A stretch of DNA of 64,000 bases from Bacteroidales bacterium (GTDB taxonomy: Bacteria; Bacteroidota; Bacteroidia; Bacteroidales; UBA7960): contig PXAA01000067.1 in assembly GCA_003567205.1 (NCBI GenBank), positions 1,578 to 65,577 of the forward strand, given 5' to 3'. The translations under genes and the position numbers were made by a program. This document shows, piece after piece, positions 8,997 through 18,601 of this stretch. Position 1 is the stretch's first letter, and every line of letters begins with the position of its first letter. The notes under the pieces are model-generated. The model saw only the letters and a program-made list of their open reading frames with translations. It did no database searches and was not told the DNA's origin.

Positions 8997-10835
8997 TTAT
9001 TCCACAGTCACCGATTTGGCCAGGTTCCTTGGCTGATCCACATTGCAACCCCTTAAAACAGCAATATGGTAAGACAGAAGTTGCAGGGGAATGGTGGCCA
9101 CAAGGGGCACGAAGATCTCATCCGTTTCCGGGATCTCCACGATGAAATCAGCCATACCCCTGACCATCTCATCCCCTTCGGTAACCACGGCAATAATGAC
9201 ACCCTTGCGGGCCTTCACTTCCTGGATGTTGCTCACCACCTTCTCATAGCTGCCCTTCCTGGTGGCAATCACCACAACAGGCATTTCTTTATCTATAAGG
9301 GCTATGGGGCCATGTTTCATTTCAGCCGCCGGATATCCTTCGGCATGAATGTATGAAATCTCTTTAAGCTTCAGGGCCCCTTCGAGCGCTACCGGGAAAT
9401 TATAGCCCCTGCCCAGGTAAAGGAAGTTCCGTGCATCCTGAAATTTTTTGCTGAGTTCCAATATGGTGTCATTTACCTGCAATGTCTTTTCCACTTTTGC
9501 AGGGATGGCTTCCATCTCACTGATCAACTGATAATAGCGTGATTTTGAAATGCTTCCCTTTTTGTCGGCAATCAACAGCGCCATCAGGCTCAGTATGGTT
9601 ACCTGGGCGGTAAAGGCTTTTGTGGATGCAACCCCTATTTCGGGACCGGCGTGTGTATAAGACCCGGCATGGGTGGCACGGGCAATGGAAGAACCCACAA
9701 CATTACAGATACCAAGGATGGTGGCCCCCTTTGACCGGGCCAGTTCAATGGCAGCCAGGGTGTCGGCGGTTTCGCCCGACTGGCTGATGGCAATCACCAC
9801 ATCGTTTTCGAAGATCACCGGGTTCCGGTACCTGAACTCTGAGGCATACTCTACCTCCACAGGAATGCGTGCCAGGTCTTCAAAAAGGTATTCCCCCACA
9901 AGGCCGGCGTGCCATGAAGTGCCGCAAGCCACAATAATGATGCGTTTGCAGTTGACCAGTTTTTGCTCATAATCGATGATGCCCCCCAGCGAAATGATGC
10001 CCTTGAGGGCATTCAGACGACCCCGCATGCTGTCTTTGATGCTGCGTGGCTGCTCATAGATTTCCTTAAGCATAAAGTGTGGAAAGCCCCCTTTTTCAAT
10101 GGACGACAACTGCATCTCCAATTGAAAAACATAGGGCGTTTTTTTCTGGTTTTTGATGGTCTTGACGATGAGTTCACCCTGCCTTGGGATGATGGCCATT
10201 TCTTCGTCCTCCAGGTATACCACATTCTTGGTATATTCCACGATGGGGGATGCATCGGAAGCAATAAAATATTCGCCGTCGCCTATGCCAATCACCAGGG
10301 GACTGCCTTTTTTTGCAGCAATCAATTGATCGGGAAACTCTTGCGAAACCACCACAATGGCATAGGCACCGATCACCTGGTTCAGGGCTATGCGCACCGC
10401 TTCTTCGACAGATAACCCTTCGTTTTGCTGAATGTCCTCAATGAGATGGATCAGCACTTCGGTATCGGTTTCACTGCTGAAAGAATAGCCACGGTTGATC
10501 AACTCCTGTTTGAGAACAGCATAATTTTCAATAATGCCATTATGGATGATGGCCAGTTTTTTCGACGGACTGTAGTGCGGGTGGGCGTTCACATCGTTAG
10601 GTTCCCCGTGAGTGGCCCACCGCGTATGTGCTATGCCTGCATGTCCTGATACCCGATGGCCATCGACCAGTTTATCCAGGTCAGCCACCTTGCCATGGGT
10701 TTTAAACAATTTCAGATCCCCGTCAAGCAGTGCTACCCCGGCACTGTCGTAGCCACGGTATTCGAGCCTGTAAAGGCCTTTGATAAGGATGGGGTAGGCT
10801 TCTTTGCGACCGATGTAACCAACGATTCCACACAT
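8997..10835 (-). CDS. glmS: Glutamine-fructose-6-phosphate aminotransferase
   Basis: MCGIVG start, HTRWATHG, SQSGETADT, PRNLAKSVTVE. Confidence 0.99.
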   Translation of the reverse strand: MCGIVGYIGRKEAYPILIKGLYRLEYRGYDSAGVALLDGDLKLFKTHGKVADLDKLVDGHRVSGHAGIAHTRWATHGEPNDVNAHPHYSPSKKLAIIHNGIIENYAVLKQELINRGYSFSSETDTEVLIHLIEDIQQNEGLSVEEAVRIALNQVIGAYAIVVVSQEFPDQLIAAKKGSPLVIGIGDGEYFIASDASPIVEYTKNVVYLEDEEMAIIPRQGELIVKTIKNQKKTPYVFQLEMQLSSIEKGGFPHFMLKEIYEQPRSIKDSMRGRLNALKGIISLGGIIDYEQKLVNCKRIIIVACGTSWHAGLVGEYLFEDLARIPVEVEYASEFRYRNPVIFENDVVIAISQSGETADTLAAIELARSKGATILGICNVVGSSIARATHAGSYTHAGPEIGVASTKAFTAQVTILSLMALLIADKKGSISKSRYYQLISEMEAIPAKVEKTLQVNDTILELSKKFQDARNFLYLGRGYNFPVALEGALKLKEISYIHAEGYPAAEMKHGPIALIDKEMPVVVIATRKGSYEKVVSNIQEVKARKGVIIAVVTEGDEMVRGMADFIVEIPETDEIFVPLVATIPLQLLSYHIAVLRGCNVDQPRNLAKSVTVE

Positions 10836-10846
10836 ACCGGGCTGTT

Positions 10847-12205
10847 TTAATCAAATACAGAATAATAAATGATCAGGCGCATGGGGTTCTCAGTCCTCCC
10901 GGGCCCGTGCAGCACAACGCGGCTCATGTCTTCAGAAGCCCCGGCAACCACCAGTGCCAGTCCGTCGTTGGGATGGGTCCCATCCAGCAATTGCTGAAAA
11001 TATTTGGAGATGTTGAAGGTATATTGCATTTTATCTTCGTTCAAACGCCCGCCAAAATAAGTGCTGCCCATCATGTAATCATCCAGGAATTTCAGGTCGC
11101 CGTCTTCATCAATACGAAGCAACAGCAACTCCCTTGATGCCGGCAAATGCTCTGCAACAAGTCCTTCAGCCACAGGTACAACCAATTCCGCTTTGTTGAT
11201 CAGCAGCCTCGAATCACCGATCAATTCATCCAGGTATGGCAGGTGGATATTGGCACGCAACATCCCAAGAGATTGAAGGAATAACAAGCTGTCGCCCATG
11301 GAGTAATCCGATTCTTCGATCTGTGCCCTGAGCACCGGGTGGGTGTTTTCATAACCAAAATGTTCCATCCGGGATGTCCGCTTGGCAAACTCATTGATCG
11401 GGAAACGCTGTATCCGCGACACCGTGTCGTCTTCGTTCTTATAATATAGCTCCAGTGAAGTGAGGGGGGATAGCATATTGATCTGGTACTTGGAACCCAG
11501 GCCGTCAAATTTGTCGCCGGGTGCAATATACAAACCCTTGAAAGCCTCCAGATAATTGGGTACGTTCTCAAAAGCCTCTGTTTCATTGGCATCGATAAAT
11601 TTCTGTCCAAAAGCATCTGTGAGCGGAATGCGAATCTGGGGAGGGAACATGATGCTGTCTATCATCACACTATCGAGGGGCGCAGGTTGTAAAAGATGCC
11701 CCCTTGGGTGTTTGGTGATCAGTTCCGGTTCATGCGGGATAACCAGGTTCGAAAAAAGAGTGTCTGCCTCAGGAAAGTTTTCACTTAGCTCATATACTTT
11801 CAGCCTCTGATAGTTCCTGACAAATCCGTAAAAGTTTCCGGTATACGAAAGCACCAGGTAAATGGAGTCGAGCACCGGGTCTTCGCCCAGGTAGAGGTTA
11901 TTCCTGGGCAGACGGGTTTCTGTGTAGATACTGGCATGGGTCTTCCCGAATACCGGATCATTGATCATACCCAGGATATTCATACTGCCAAAGTTCATGG
12001 CCACGCTGTCGTCAATCACGGTGATGGCCTGAAGACTCAGGGTGTCAAGGGTATGAAGCTGTGCCCGTGTATCAACCAGATCCAGTCCGATCTCATCCGA
12101 CTCAGAACAGGCATGGATCAGCAACAAAAAAGCTGAAACCATGGCCATTCTTTTCAAAAGGGCGAAAAAAACCCCGTAAAAACGGGGGTTTATTGATGTT
12201 TTCAA
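10847..12205 (-). CDS. DUF4270-family lipoprotein
   Basis: Lipobox LIHA-C followed by acidic SESDEIG; LGMINDPVFGKT; usual position upstream of glmS in Bacteroidota. Start uncertain. Confidence 0.75.
   Translation of the reverse strand: MKTSINPRFYGVFFALLKRMAMVSAFLLLIHACSESDEIGLDLVDTRAQLHTLDTLSLQAITVIDDSVAMNFGSMNILGMINDPVFGKTHASIYTETRLPRNNLYLGEDPVLDSIYLVLSYTGNFYGFVRNYQRLKVYELSENFPEADTLFSNLVIPHEPELITKHPRGHLLQPAPLDSVMIDSIMFPPQIRIPLTDAFGQKFIDANETEAFENVPNYLEAFKGLYIAPGDKFDGLGSKYQINMLSPLTSLELYYKNEDDTVSRIQRFPINEFAKRTSRMEHFGYENTHPVLRAQIEESDYSMGDSLLFLQSLGMLRANIHLPYLDELIGDSRLLINKAELVVPVAEGLVAEHLPASRELLLLRIDEDGDLKFLDDYMMGSTYFGGRLNEDKMQYTFNISKYFQQLLDGTHPNDGLALVVAGASEDMSRVVLHGPGRTENPMRLIIYYSVFD
12165..12187 (-). 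terminator. Intrinsic terminator-like hairpin at the 5' end of the DUF4270 gene
   Basis: Minus strand CCCCGT-TTTT-ACGGGG followed by T7. Confidence 0.6.
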
Positions 12206-12258
12206 GGTTCAAAGATTTTTTATGATCCAATGAGTACGCATTCCCGTTAATCCGAATG

Positions 12259-12266
12259 CAAAGGTA
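12259..12266 (-). promoter_or_regulatory. -7 promoter element for DUF4270-glmS
   Basis: Minus strand TACCTTTG(CA). Confidence 0.6.
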
Positions 12267-12275
12267 AAGATTTTA

Positions 12276-13103
12276 TTATTGCTGTAAAACCGATTCGGAC
12301 ACCAATACTTCGTCATAAAACTGATTGTATGCATCAATGTAAGTATCCTTGTCATGGTATTCGAGCAGGGGCTTGCCGCTTCCCCTTGCATATTGTTCAA
12401 CCCCTTTGTGCAGCGTCTTGTCGCCAAGGATAATTCCGTCGGCATAATCAATGGCCACTTTGCTGATGCTTTCATAGTCCGGCCCGGCAAATTTTGCAAG
12501 CAACTCTTCACCCAGGCCTTTGGTTTTCATTTTTTTGGACATGTCTTTGCCGAGTTGACCGGGGAATGGATCATTGTATATGGAATACACCACTTTGGTA
12601 TCGGAAAACATGGGGTTGTCTTTAATAACAATCTTCAGGTAAAAAGGCATCAGGCTCGTGAACCAGCCGTTGCAATGTACCAGGTCAGGTGACCATCCCA
12701 GTTTTTTTACTGTTTCAATCACGCCCCGGGTAAAAAAGATGGCCCGCTCGTCGTTGTCATCAAAATACGCGCCCGACTTATTTGTCAGTGTGAACTTTCG
12801 CTGAAAGAAATCTTCATTGTCAATAAAATAGATCTGCATGCGTGCAGACTGGATAGAGGCTACCTTGATGATCAGCGGGTGGTCAGTGTTGTCGATAACA
12901 AGATTCATTCCAGAAAGACGAATCACCTCGTGAAGTTGATTGCGACGCTCGTTGATACAACCATAACGCGGCATAAAGGTCCTGATTTCTTTTTTTCTTT
13001 CCTGAATTCCTTGCGGAAGATACCGGCCTATATGGGCCATATGGGATTCTTTCAGATAGGGGGTAATTTCCTGTTGTACAAAAAGAACTTTGGGCTTTTC
13101 CAT
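12276..13103 (-). CDS. Glycogen/starch synthase-like protein (GT5 N-terminal domain only)
   Basis: IRTFMPRYG, YFIDNEDFF, DNDERAIFF, PDLVHCNGW; only 275 aa. Confidence 0.8.
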   Translation of the reverse strand: MEKPKVLFVQQEITPYLKESHMAHIGRYLPQGIQERKKEIRTFMPRYGCINERRNQLHEVIRLSGMNLVIDNTDHPLIIKVASIQSARMQIYFIDNEDFFQRKFTLTNKSGAYFDDNDERAIFFTRGVIETVKKLGWSPDLVHCNGWFTSLMPFYLKIVIKDNPMFSDTKVVYSIYNDPFPGQLGKDMSKKMKTKGLGEELLAKFAGPDYESISKVAIDYADGIILGDKTLHKGVEQYARGSGKPLLEYHDKDTYIDAYNQFYDEVLVSESVLQQ

Positions 13104-13145
13104 AAATAAAATGAACGGTTAAATGATCTTAAAAGAAATAATATG

Positions 13146-13194
13146 CAAAAGTACAGATTTTTTTGCTACTTTTCAAATAATCTATTTAGCTTTG
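13146..13194. promoter_or_regulatory. Divergent promoters for the glgA-like gene and panC
   Basis: Minus TACTTTTG at 13146-13153; plus TTTG at 13162-13165 and TAGCTTTG at 13187-13194. Confidence 0.65.
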
Positions 13195-13237
13195 CCGATT
13201 TGTTTTTGCCAAACAAACAGGCATTTATCACACTTTA

Positions 13238-14083
13238 ATGAAATTATTCAATCAAAGGAATGCACTGAGTAAATGGGTCAGACAAGAAAAAATGGCTGGC
13301 AAAAGCATTGGGTTTGTTCCAACCATGGGTGCCCTGCATACCGGTCACATAGCTCTTATTAAGCAAGCGCGCAGCGAAAACAACCTGGTGGTATGCAGTG
13401 TTTTTGTGAACCCCATTCAGTTTAATAAAGCGGAAGACCTCAAAGCATACCCACGGACATTAGACAGCGACCTGGCCCAGTTGGAGCAATCTGGTTGTGA
13501 TGCTGTTTTTTGCCCGGAGGTCAAAGAAATATACCCTGAGCCGGAAACCAGGGTATATGATTTTGGCCATCTCGACAAGGTGATGGAAGGCCGCTTTCGC
13601 GAAGGCCATTTTAACGGGGTGGCCATCGTGGTGAATAAATTATTGAACATCGTAGAGCCTCACCGCGCGTATTTCGGCGAAAAGGATTTTCAGCAGTTGC
13701 AGGTGGTCCGGGCATTGGCCAGGATGGAAGGCCATGATGTTGAAATTGTGTCCTGTCCTACCGTACGGGAATCCGACGGACTGGCGCTCAGCAGCCGGAA
13801 CGTTCGCCTTACCGAAGCTCAGCGGAAAGAAGCACCGAAGATTTACCAGGCCCTGCAAATGGCAAGGGATTTGTACCCGGGCCATGGGGTGCATTTCATT
13901 AAAGAAAACGTAACGGCGCACATCAACAGGTCGTCTGAACTGACAGTAGAATATTTTGAGATCGTATGGGCCGACAACCTGCTTCCTGTCGACACCCCTG
14001 AAGCGGGCAGGACAGCCGTTGCCTGTATCGCCGTATATGCAGGTCCTGTAAGGCTCATTGACAATCTTACATTATATTCGTAA
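13238..14083 (+). CDS. panC: Pantoate-beta-alanine ligase
   Basis: [41 protein letters not shown]. Confidence 0.98.
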   Translation: MKLFNQRNALSKWVRQEKMAGKSIGFVPTMGALHTGHIALIKQARSENNLVVCSVFVNPIQFNKAEDLKAYPRTLDSDLAQLEQSGCDAVFCPEVKEIYPEPETRVYDFGHLDKVMEGRFREGHFNGVAIVVNKLLNIVEPHRAYFGEKDFQQLQVVRALARMEGHDVEIVSCPTVRESDGLALSSRNVRLTEAQRKEAPKIYQALQMARDLYPGHGVHFIKENVTAHINRSSELTVEYFEIVWADNLLPVDTPEAGRTAVACIAVYAGPVRLIDNLTLYS

Positions 14084-14135
14084 CTTTGCCCGCGGCTTTC
14101 TGCCCGGCAGAAGGCCCTCCAGAAAAGACAGCATT

Positions 14136-14480
14136 ATGCTTATAGAGGTATTAAAATCGAAAATACACAGGGTGGTGGTGACCGCAGCCGACCTTAATTA
14201 TATTGGCAGCATCACCATTGATGAAGATCTGATGGATGCATCGGGTATTCTGGAGCATGAAAAGGTACAGGTTGTCAATGTGAACAATGGCGAGCGCCTG
14301 GAAACATATGTCATTAAAGGGGAAAGGGGCAGTGGGCAGGTTTGCATGAACGGTCCGGCTGCCCGGAAAGTGCAGCCTGGCGACATCATCATCATCATCG
14401 CCTATGTGCACATGGATCCCGATCAGGCCAAAAATCATGTGCCTGCAATTATCTTTCCCGGCACCAACAATAAAATCTAA
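14136..14480 (+). CDS. panD: Aspartate 1-decarboxylase
   Basis: [14 protein letters not shown] autocleavage site, [15 protein letters not shown]; TAACTTTG promoter element at 14081-14088. Confidence 0.97.
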   Translation: MLIEVLKSKIHRVVVTAADLNYIGSITIDEDLMDASGILEHEKVQVVNVNNGERLETYVIKGERGSGQVCMNGPAARKVQPGDIIIIIAYVHMDPDQAKNHVPAIIFPGTNNKI

Positions 14481-14490
14481 GCCACATATT

Positions 14491-15510
14491 TTGAAAACAC
14501 ATATCAGAAGATATGTAAGGGTTTTCTTAGCCCTCATGCTGGGAATCGTCCTTTTATGGTTGATTACACGTGGTCAGGATATTGAATTGATCATCAGGGA
14601 AATGCGCCAGGCAAATTACCTGTGGGTCGGACTGGCCATGGGCTGTGCCATATTGAGCCACTTTATACGGGCCATCCGCTGGAATATGCTCATTGGTACT
14701 ATGGGATACCGTACCAAAGCCATCGAGACGTTTTATGCGGTCATGACCGGGTACATGGCCAACCTGGCATTGCCCCGGATGGGTGAAGTGACCCGCTGCA
14801 TTACCCTGAGTAAATCTTCAAAAACACCGTTTAACGCACTGGCCGGAACTGTTCTGGCCGAACGGGTATTCGACCTGATCAGCCTGATAATTGTCGGGTT
14901 TTTAATTATCCTGGGGCAGTTCGCTTTTCTCAGGAGCTTCATGGCCAGGGTTTTCTGGGTTCCGGCCTTCAGAACAGCCAGCGAAAACTGGCTGGTTTTC
15001 ACCGCCGTTATTCTGCTCGCAGCAGCACTGCTGGCAGGTGGCATCTTTTTTATACGGAAAAAAGCCAGGCGGTCTGCTGAAGGAGATTTGTTTTACAGGA
15101 TCAAAAGACAATGGCGGGGTTTTATGCATGGCTTCACCTCCATCAGGACCATGCGCGGAAAGGGATGGTTCGTGTTGTACACCTTCCTGATCTGGGGATT
15201 GTATTTTATGACGGTTTACCTGTGTTTCTTTGCCATTGGCGCAACATCCCATCTGACCCCCCTTGCCGGGCTTACTTTGCTGGCCGTTGGGAGCCTCGGC
15301 ATTCTGGCACCCGTTCCCGGAGGCATCGGCACCTATCATTTTGTTACCATCATTACCCTGACTGAACTATACGGAATCGCTTCCGAACCGGCTACATCCT
15401 ATGCATACATAACTCACGCCAACCAAATCATTGTCAATTTACTGGCAGGCACCTTTTCGTGGGTGATGTTGTCTGTCGGAACCAAAATAACACCAACATC
15501 AAAACAATGA
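14491..15510 (+). CDS. Lysylphosphatidylglycerol synthase TM-domain (YbhN/flippase-like) membrane protein
   Basis: RAIRW, GYMANLALPRMGEVTR, ERVFD, PGGIGTYH; TTG start inferred. Confidence 0.85.
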   Translation: MKTHIRRYVRVFLALMLGIVLLWLITRGQDIELIIREMRQANYLWVGLAMGCAILSHFIRAIRWNMLIGTMGYRTKAIETFYAVMTGYMANLALPRMGEVTRCITLSKSSKTPFNALAGTVLAERVFDLISLIIVGFLIILGQFAFLRSFMARVFWVPAFRTASENWLVFTAVILLAAALLAGGIFFIRKKARRSAEGDLFYRIKRQWRGFMHGFTSIRTMRGKGWFVLYTFLIWGLYFMTVYLCFFAIGATSHLTPLAGLTLLAVGSLGILAPVPGGIGTYHFVTIITLTELYGIASEPATSYAYITHANQIIVNLLAGTFSWVMLSVGTKITPTSKQ

Positions 15511-16013
15511 AACACAGCAAACACCGTCATTTAGAAACCAAGGTTTTTGGCCCTGATGACCGTCAGAAACTACAATACCGCCTGCAATACTGGCGATTTA
15601 AAGGACAGCGCATTGTATTCACCAACGGCTGCTTCGACTTGCTCCATGCCGGACACGTGGACTATCTGGCGCGTGCTGCCGACCTGGGAAAAGTACTGAT
15701 TGTCGGGCTGAATACAGATGATTCCGTCCGCAGGATCAAGGGTGAAAAGCGTCCGGTGAACGGGCAAAACGCCCGGGCCATCATGCTGGCGGCCCTTTCT
15801 TTTGTAGATGCCGTGGTCTTGTTTGATGAAGACACACCCGAAAATATCGTGCAAATCATCCTGCCCGACGTCCTCGTGAAGGGAGACGACTATCTGCCCG
15901 AAGACATTGCCGGGGCAGGCACTGTTCGCCAACATGGCGGACAAGTGCTCAGCATTCCCCTTTTAGAGGGATTTTCCAGTTCGGGGCTCATAAAAAAAAT
16001 CAAACAGCTTTAA
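15507..16013 (+). CDS. rfaE2: D-glycero-beta-D-manno-heptose 1-phosphate adenylyltransferase (RfaE domain II / HldC)
   Basis: FTNGCFDLLHAGH, GLNTDDSVRRIKG, LVKGDDY; ATGA overlap with the upstream stop. Confidence 0.9.
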   Translation: MKHSKHRHLETKVFGPDDRQKLQYRLQYWRFKGQRIVFTNGCFDLLHAGHVDYLARAADLGKVLIVGLNTDDSVRRIKGEKRPVNGQNARAIMLAALSFVDAVVLFDEDTPENIVQIILPDVLVKGDDYLPEDIAGAGTVRQHGGQVLSIPLLEGFSSSGLIKKIKQL

Positions 16014-16068
16014 TCGGATATCTGCCCATAAATCGCTATTTTTGCAGTAAACGCGTAGATTCAAAATC

Positions 16069-17718
16069 ATGCCACACGAAAAAAAACACATCCCTTTCAG
16101 AGTGTATATGCCCGTGATCCTGGCGCTGGTACTCATTGTCGGATTTTACCTGGGGCTGCAGCTTCGAACCCCCGGAACCAGTGCATCGGACAGCAGCTTT
16201 TTTCCCATTGGCCCTGACCGGCACAACAAAATCAATAATGTCATAAACTACATTTATGATGCTTATGTTGACAGCGTGTCGAGGGAATACCTGACGGAAG
16301 AAAGCATTCGCGCCCTGATGAAAAACCTGGACCCCCATTCATCTTATATTCCCGCATCAGATTTCAGACGCCTCAACGACCCCCTGATGGGCAGTTTTGA
16401 AGGCATCGGGATTGAATTCAATATGATCAAAGACACGGTCGTGGTGGTGCACCCTATTCCGGGCGGCCCCAGCGAAAAAGCCGGCATCATGCCGGGCGAC
16501 CGCATCGTTATGGTGGAAGACAGCCTTATTGCAGGGGTTAATATGTCAACGGCCGATGTAGTGGATATGCTGATGGGTAAAAAAGGAACCACAGTTACCA
16601 TTTCCGTAATGCGTACCGGTGTGCCCGGTCTTATGCCGTTTAGCCTTGCCAGGGATCAAATCCCCTCTTTCAGCATGGATATTGCCTATATGGTGGACGA
16701 GCACATTGGCTATATTCGCCTGAACAAATTCTCGGTCAGCACATACCAGGAGTTTGTATCAGGCCTTGATCAATTGCTGGAACAGGGTATGGAAAAAATG
16801 ATCCTTGACCTGCGGGGCAACGGGGGTGGCTTTTTGGATGCAGCCATCATGGTAGCCGACGAATTGCTCGAAGCCGGTCAGCTGATCGTATACACCGATG
16901 GCCGGAAACGTCCGCGGACATACGCCCGTGCCCGACAGAACGGAAGGCTGGAAACACAGGCTTTGATAGTTCTTATCGACGAATGGTCGGCATCAGCCAG
17001 CGAGATCATTGCCGGCGCCGTTCAAGACAATGACAGGGGGCTTGTTATTGGCAGAAGATCTTTTGGCAAAGGGCTTGTACAGGAACAGGTCCAGCTTTCT
17101 GACGGCTCGGCCCTGCGGCTGACCATTGCCAGGTATTACACCCCCACCGGCAGAAGCATCCAGAAACCTTATGAAGAAGGCGAGGAAGCCTATTTTAACG
17201 AATTTATCCAGCGATACCATAACGGTGAAATGGTGAGTCCGGACAGCATCCGCTTTGATGAAAGCCTGCGGTTTGAAACCCCCGGCGGCAGGACAGTATA
17301 TGGCGGTGGCGGCATCATGCCCGACATCTTTGTACCCCTGGAGAGCGACAACGACATCACCTTCTTTAACCAGGTGTTTAACCGGGGTCACATATATACC
17401 TTTGCATTCGACTATGCTGACAGGCACCGTGCCAGCCTGGAGCAATACAGTGACGCTCGCGACTTCATCGAAGGCTTTGTCCTGACCAACACCATTTATA
17501 ACACTTTTTTGAATTATGCCCGTGAGCATGGGATGCGCATTCCGGATCATATCAACAGGGAAACCGAAACCCTGATCCGGAGCAACCTGAAGGCCTATAT
17601 CGGCAGGAATATTATTGGCGCAGAGGCCTTTTTCCCGGTATTACATACCACAGACCGCACGTTTTTAGAAGCCCTGGAAATATTGCGCCACGACGATTTA
17701 ATGGCGGTTTTTGAATAA
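16069..17718 (+). CDS. S41-family C-terminal processing peptidase (PDZ)
   Basis: LDPHS, GIGIEF, DLRGNGGG, SASASEI, SFGKGLVQ, GGGIMPD; TATTTTTG at 16037-16044. Confidence 0.93.
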   Translation: MPHEKKHIPFRVYMPVILALVLIVGFYLGLQLRTPGTSASDSSFFPIGPDRHNKINNVINYIYDAYVDSVSREYLTEESIRALMKNLDPHSSYIPASDFRRLNDPLMGSFEGIGIEFNMIKDTVVVVHPIPGGPSEKAGIMPGDRIVMVEDSLIAGVNMSTADVVDMLMGKKGTTVTISVMRTGVPGLMPFSLARDQIPSFSMDIAYMVDEHIGYIRLNKFSVSTYQEFVSGLDQLLEQGMEKMILDLRGNGGGFLDAAIMVADELLEAGQLIVYTDGRKRPRTYARARQNGRLETQALIVLIDEWSASASEIIAGAVQDNDRGLVIGRRSFGKGLVQEQVQLSDGSALRLTIARYYTPTGRSIQKPYEEGEEAYFNEFIQRYHNGEMVSPDSIRFDESLRFETPGGRTVYGGGGIMPDIFVPLESDNDITFFNQVFNRGHIYTFAFDYADRHRASLEQYSDARDFIEGFVLTNTIYNTFLNYAREHGMRIPDHINRETETLIRSNLKAYIGRNIIGAEAFFPVLHTTDRTFLEALEILRHDDLMAVFE

Positions 17719-17736
17719 GCGGCAGGTAACGGGGGG

Positions 17737-18294
17737 TTATAGGCCGATGTCCGGGCCGATCTTCTTCATGGCATTGAGCGACAACTCTACAAATTCCTGC
17801 AGGCTCAGGCCCAGTTTTTCGCACTCCATAATTGTATCCCTGTTTACCGAGGCGGCAAATGCCTTTTCTTTCATTCTTTTGGTAATGGACCTGGGTTTTA
17901 CACCGGCCACCTTTTTTTCGGGATATACCAGGGCTGTGGCTGTGATCAGACCGGTGATGGTTTCTCCGGCAGCCAGGGCATGATGCAGGGGTTTATGCCG
18001 TTCCCCGCCGTGGGCTGCTTCTTCGTTGTGCAAGCGGACGGCTTCCACAATTTCCGGATCAAGCCCCTGTTTTTCGAGTATGTTGGCACCCTTCAGGGCA
18101 TGTATTTTTGGGTCGGCATTGGTGATCTCCACATCCAGATCGTGCAGCAAACCAGCCAACGCCCATTGTTCAGGATCGGCATCCAGCCGCTCAGCCAACG
18201 CACGCAGCACCGCCTCAGAGGCCAGGCAGTGGGCGATCAATTTTTCATTCTTCACGTAAGACCTCAACAAGGTCAGGGCTTCTTTTCTGTCCAT
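17737..18294 (-). CDS. HD/HDIG-domain hydrolase
   Basis: HCLASEAV, GLLHDLD, KEKAFAASVNR. Confidence 0.85.
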   Translation of the reverse strand: MDRKEALTLLRSYVKNEKLIAHCLASEAVLRALAERLDADPEQWALAGLLHDLDVEITNADPKIHALKGANILEKQGLDPEIVEAVRLHNEEAAHGGERHKPLHHALAAGETITGLITATALVYPEKKVAGVKPRSITKRMKEKAFAASVNRDTIMECEKLGLSLQEFVELSLNAMKKIGPDIGL

Positions 18295-18433
18295 AATCTA
18301 CTCGTTAATATAAACTGTTCACAAAGATAATACAGGATACCATTACAACCTGCCATTCTTTGATGTTTTTAAGAAAAAGCGGCACATTGCGGCACTAAAA
18401 AACCACACATAATCATGACCGGATACTGATGAG

Positions 18434-18601
18434 ATGGCCCTCCGGGTGATCGGTATTCTCGGGCAGGTGGTTTACGATGCCGCTGTTCCAGGCACAACCC
18501 ACTACGAAATAGATGTATCCGGGTTCCGCACGGGCATTTATATGGTCCAGGTCACCACCACTGGTGGAGTGGTCACCCACAGGGTGCAAGTCAGCAGGTA
18601 A
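18434..18601 (+). pseudogene. Orphan T9SS type-A C-terminal sorting domain fragment
   Basis: 55-codon ORF MALRVIGILGQVVYDAAVPGTTHYEIDVSGFRTGIYMVQVTTTGGVVTHRVQVSR; in-frame TGA at 18416-18418, so no cargo domain and no YPNP motif. Confidence 0.7.

Noticed and set aside
10835-10847. glmS ribozyme
   Set aside because: Only 11 nt separate glmS from the upstream gene
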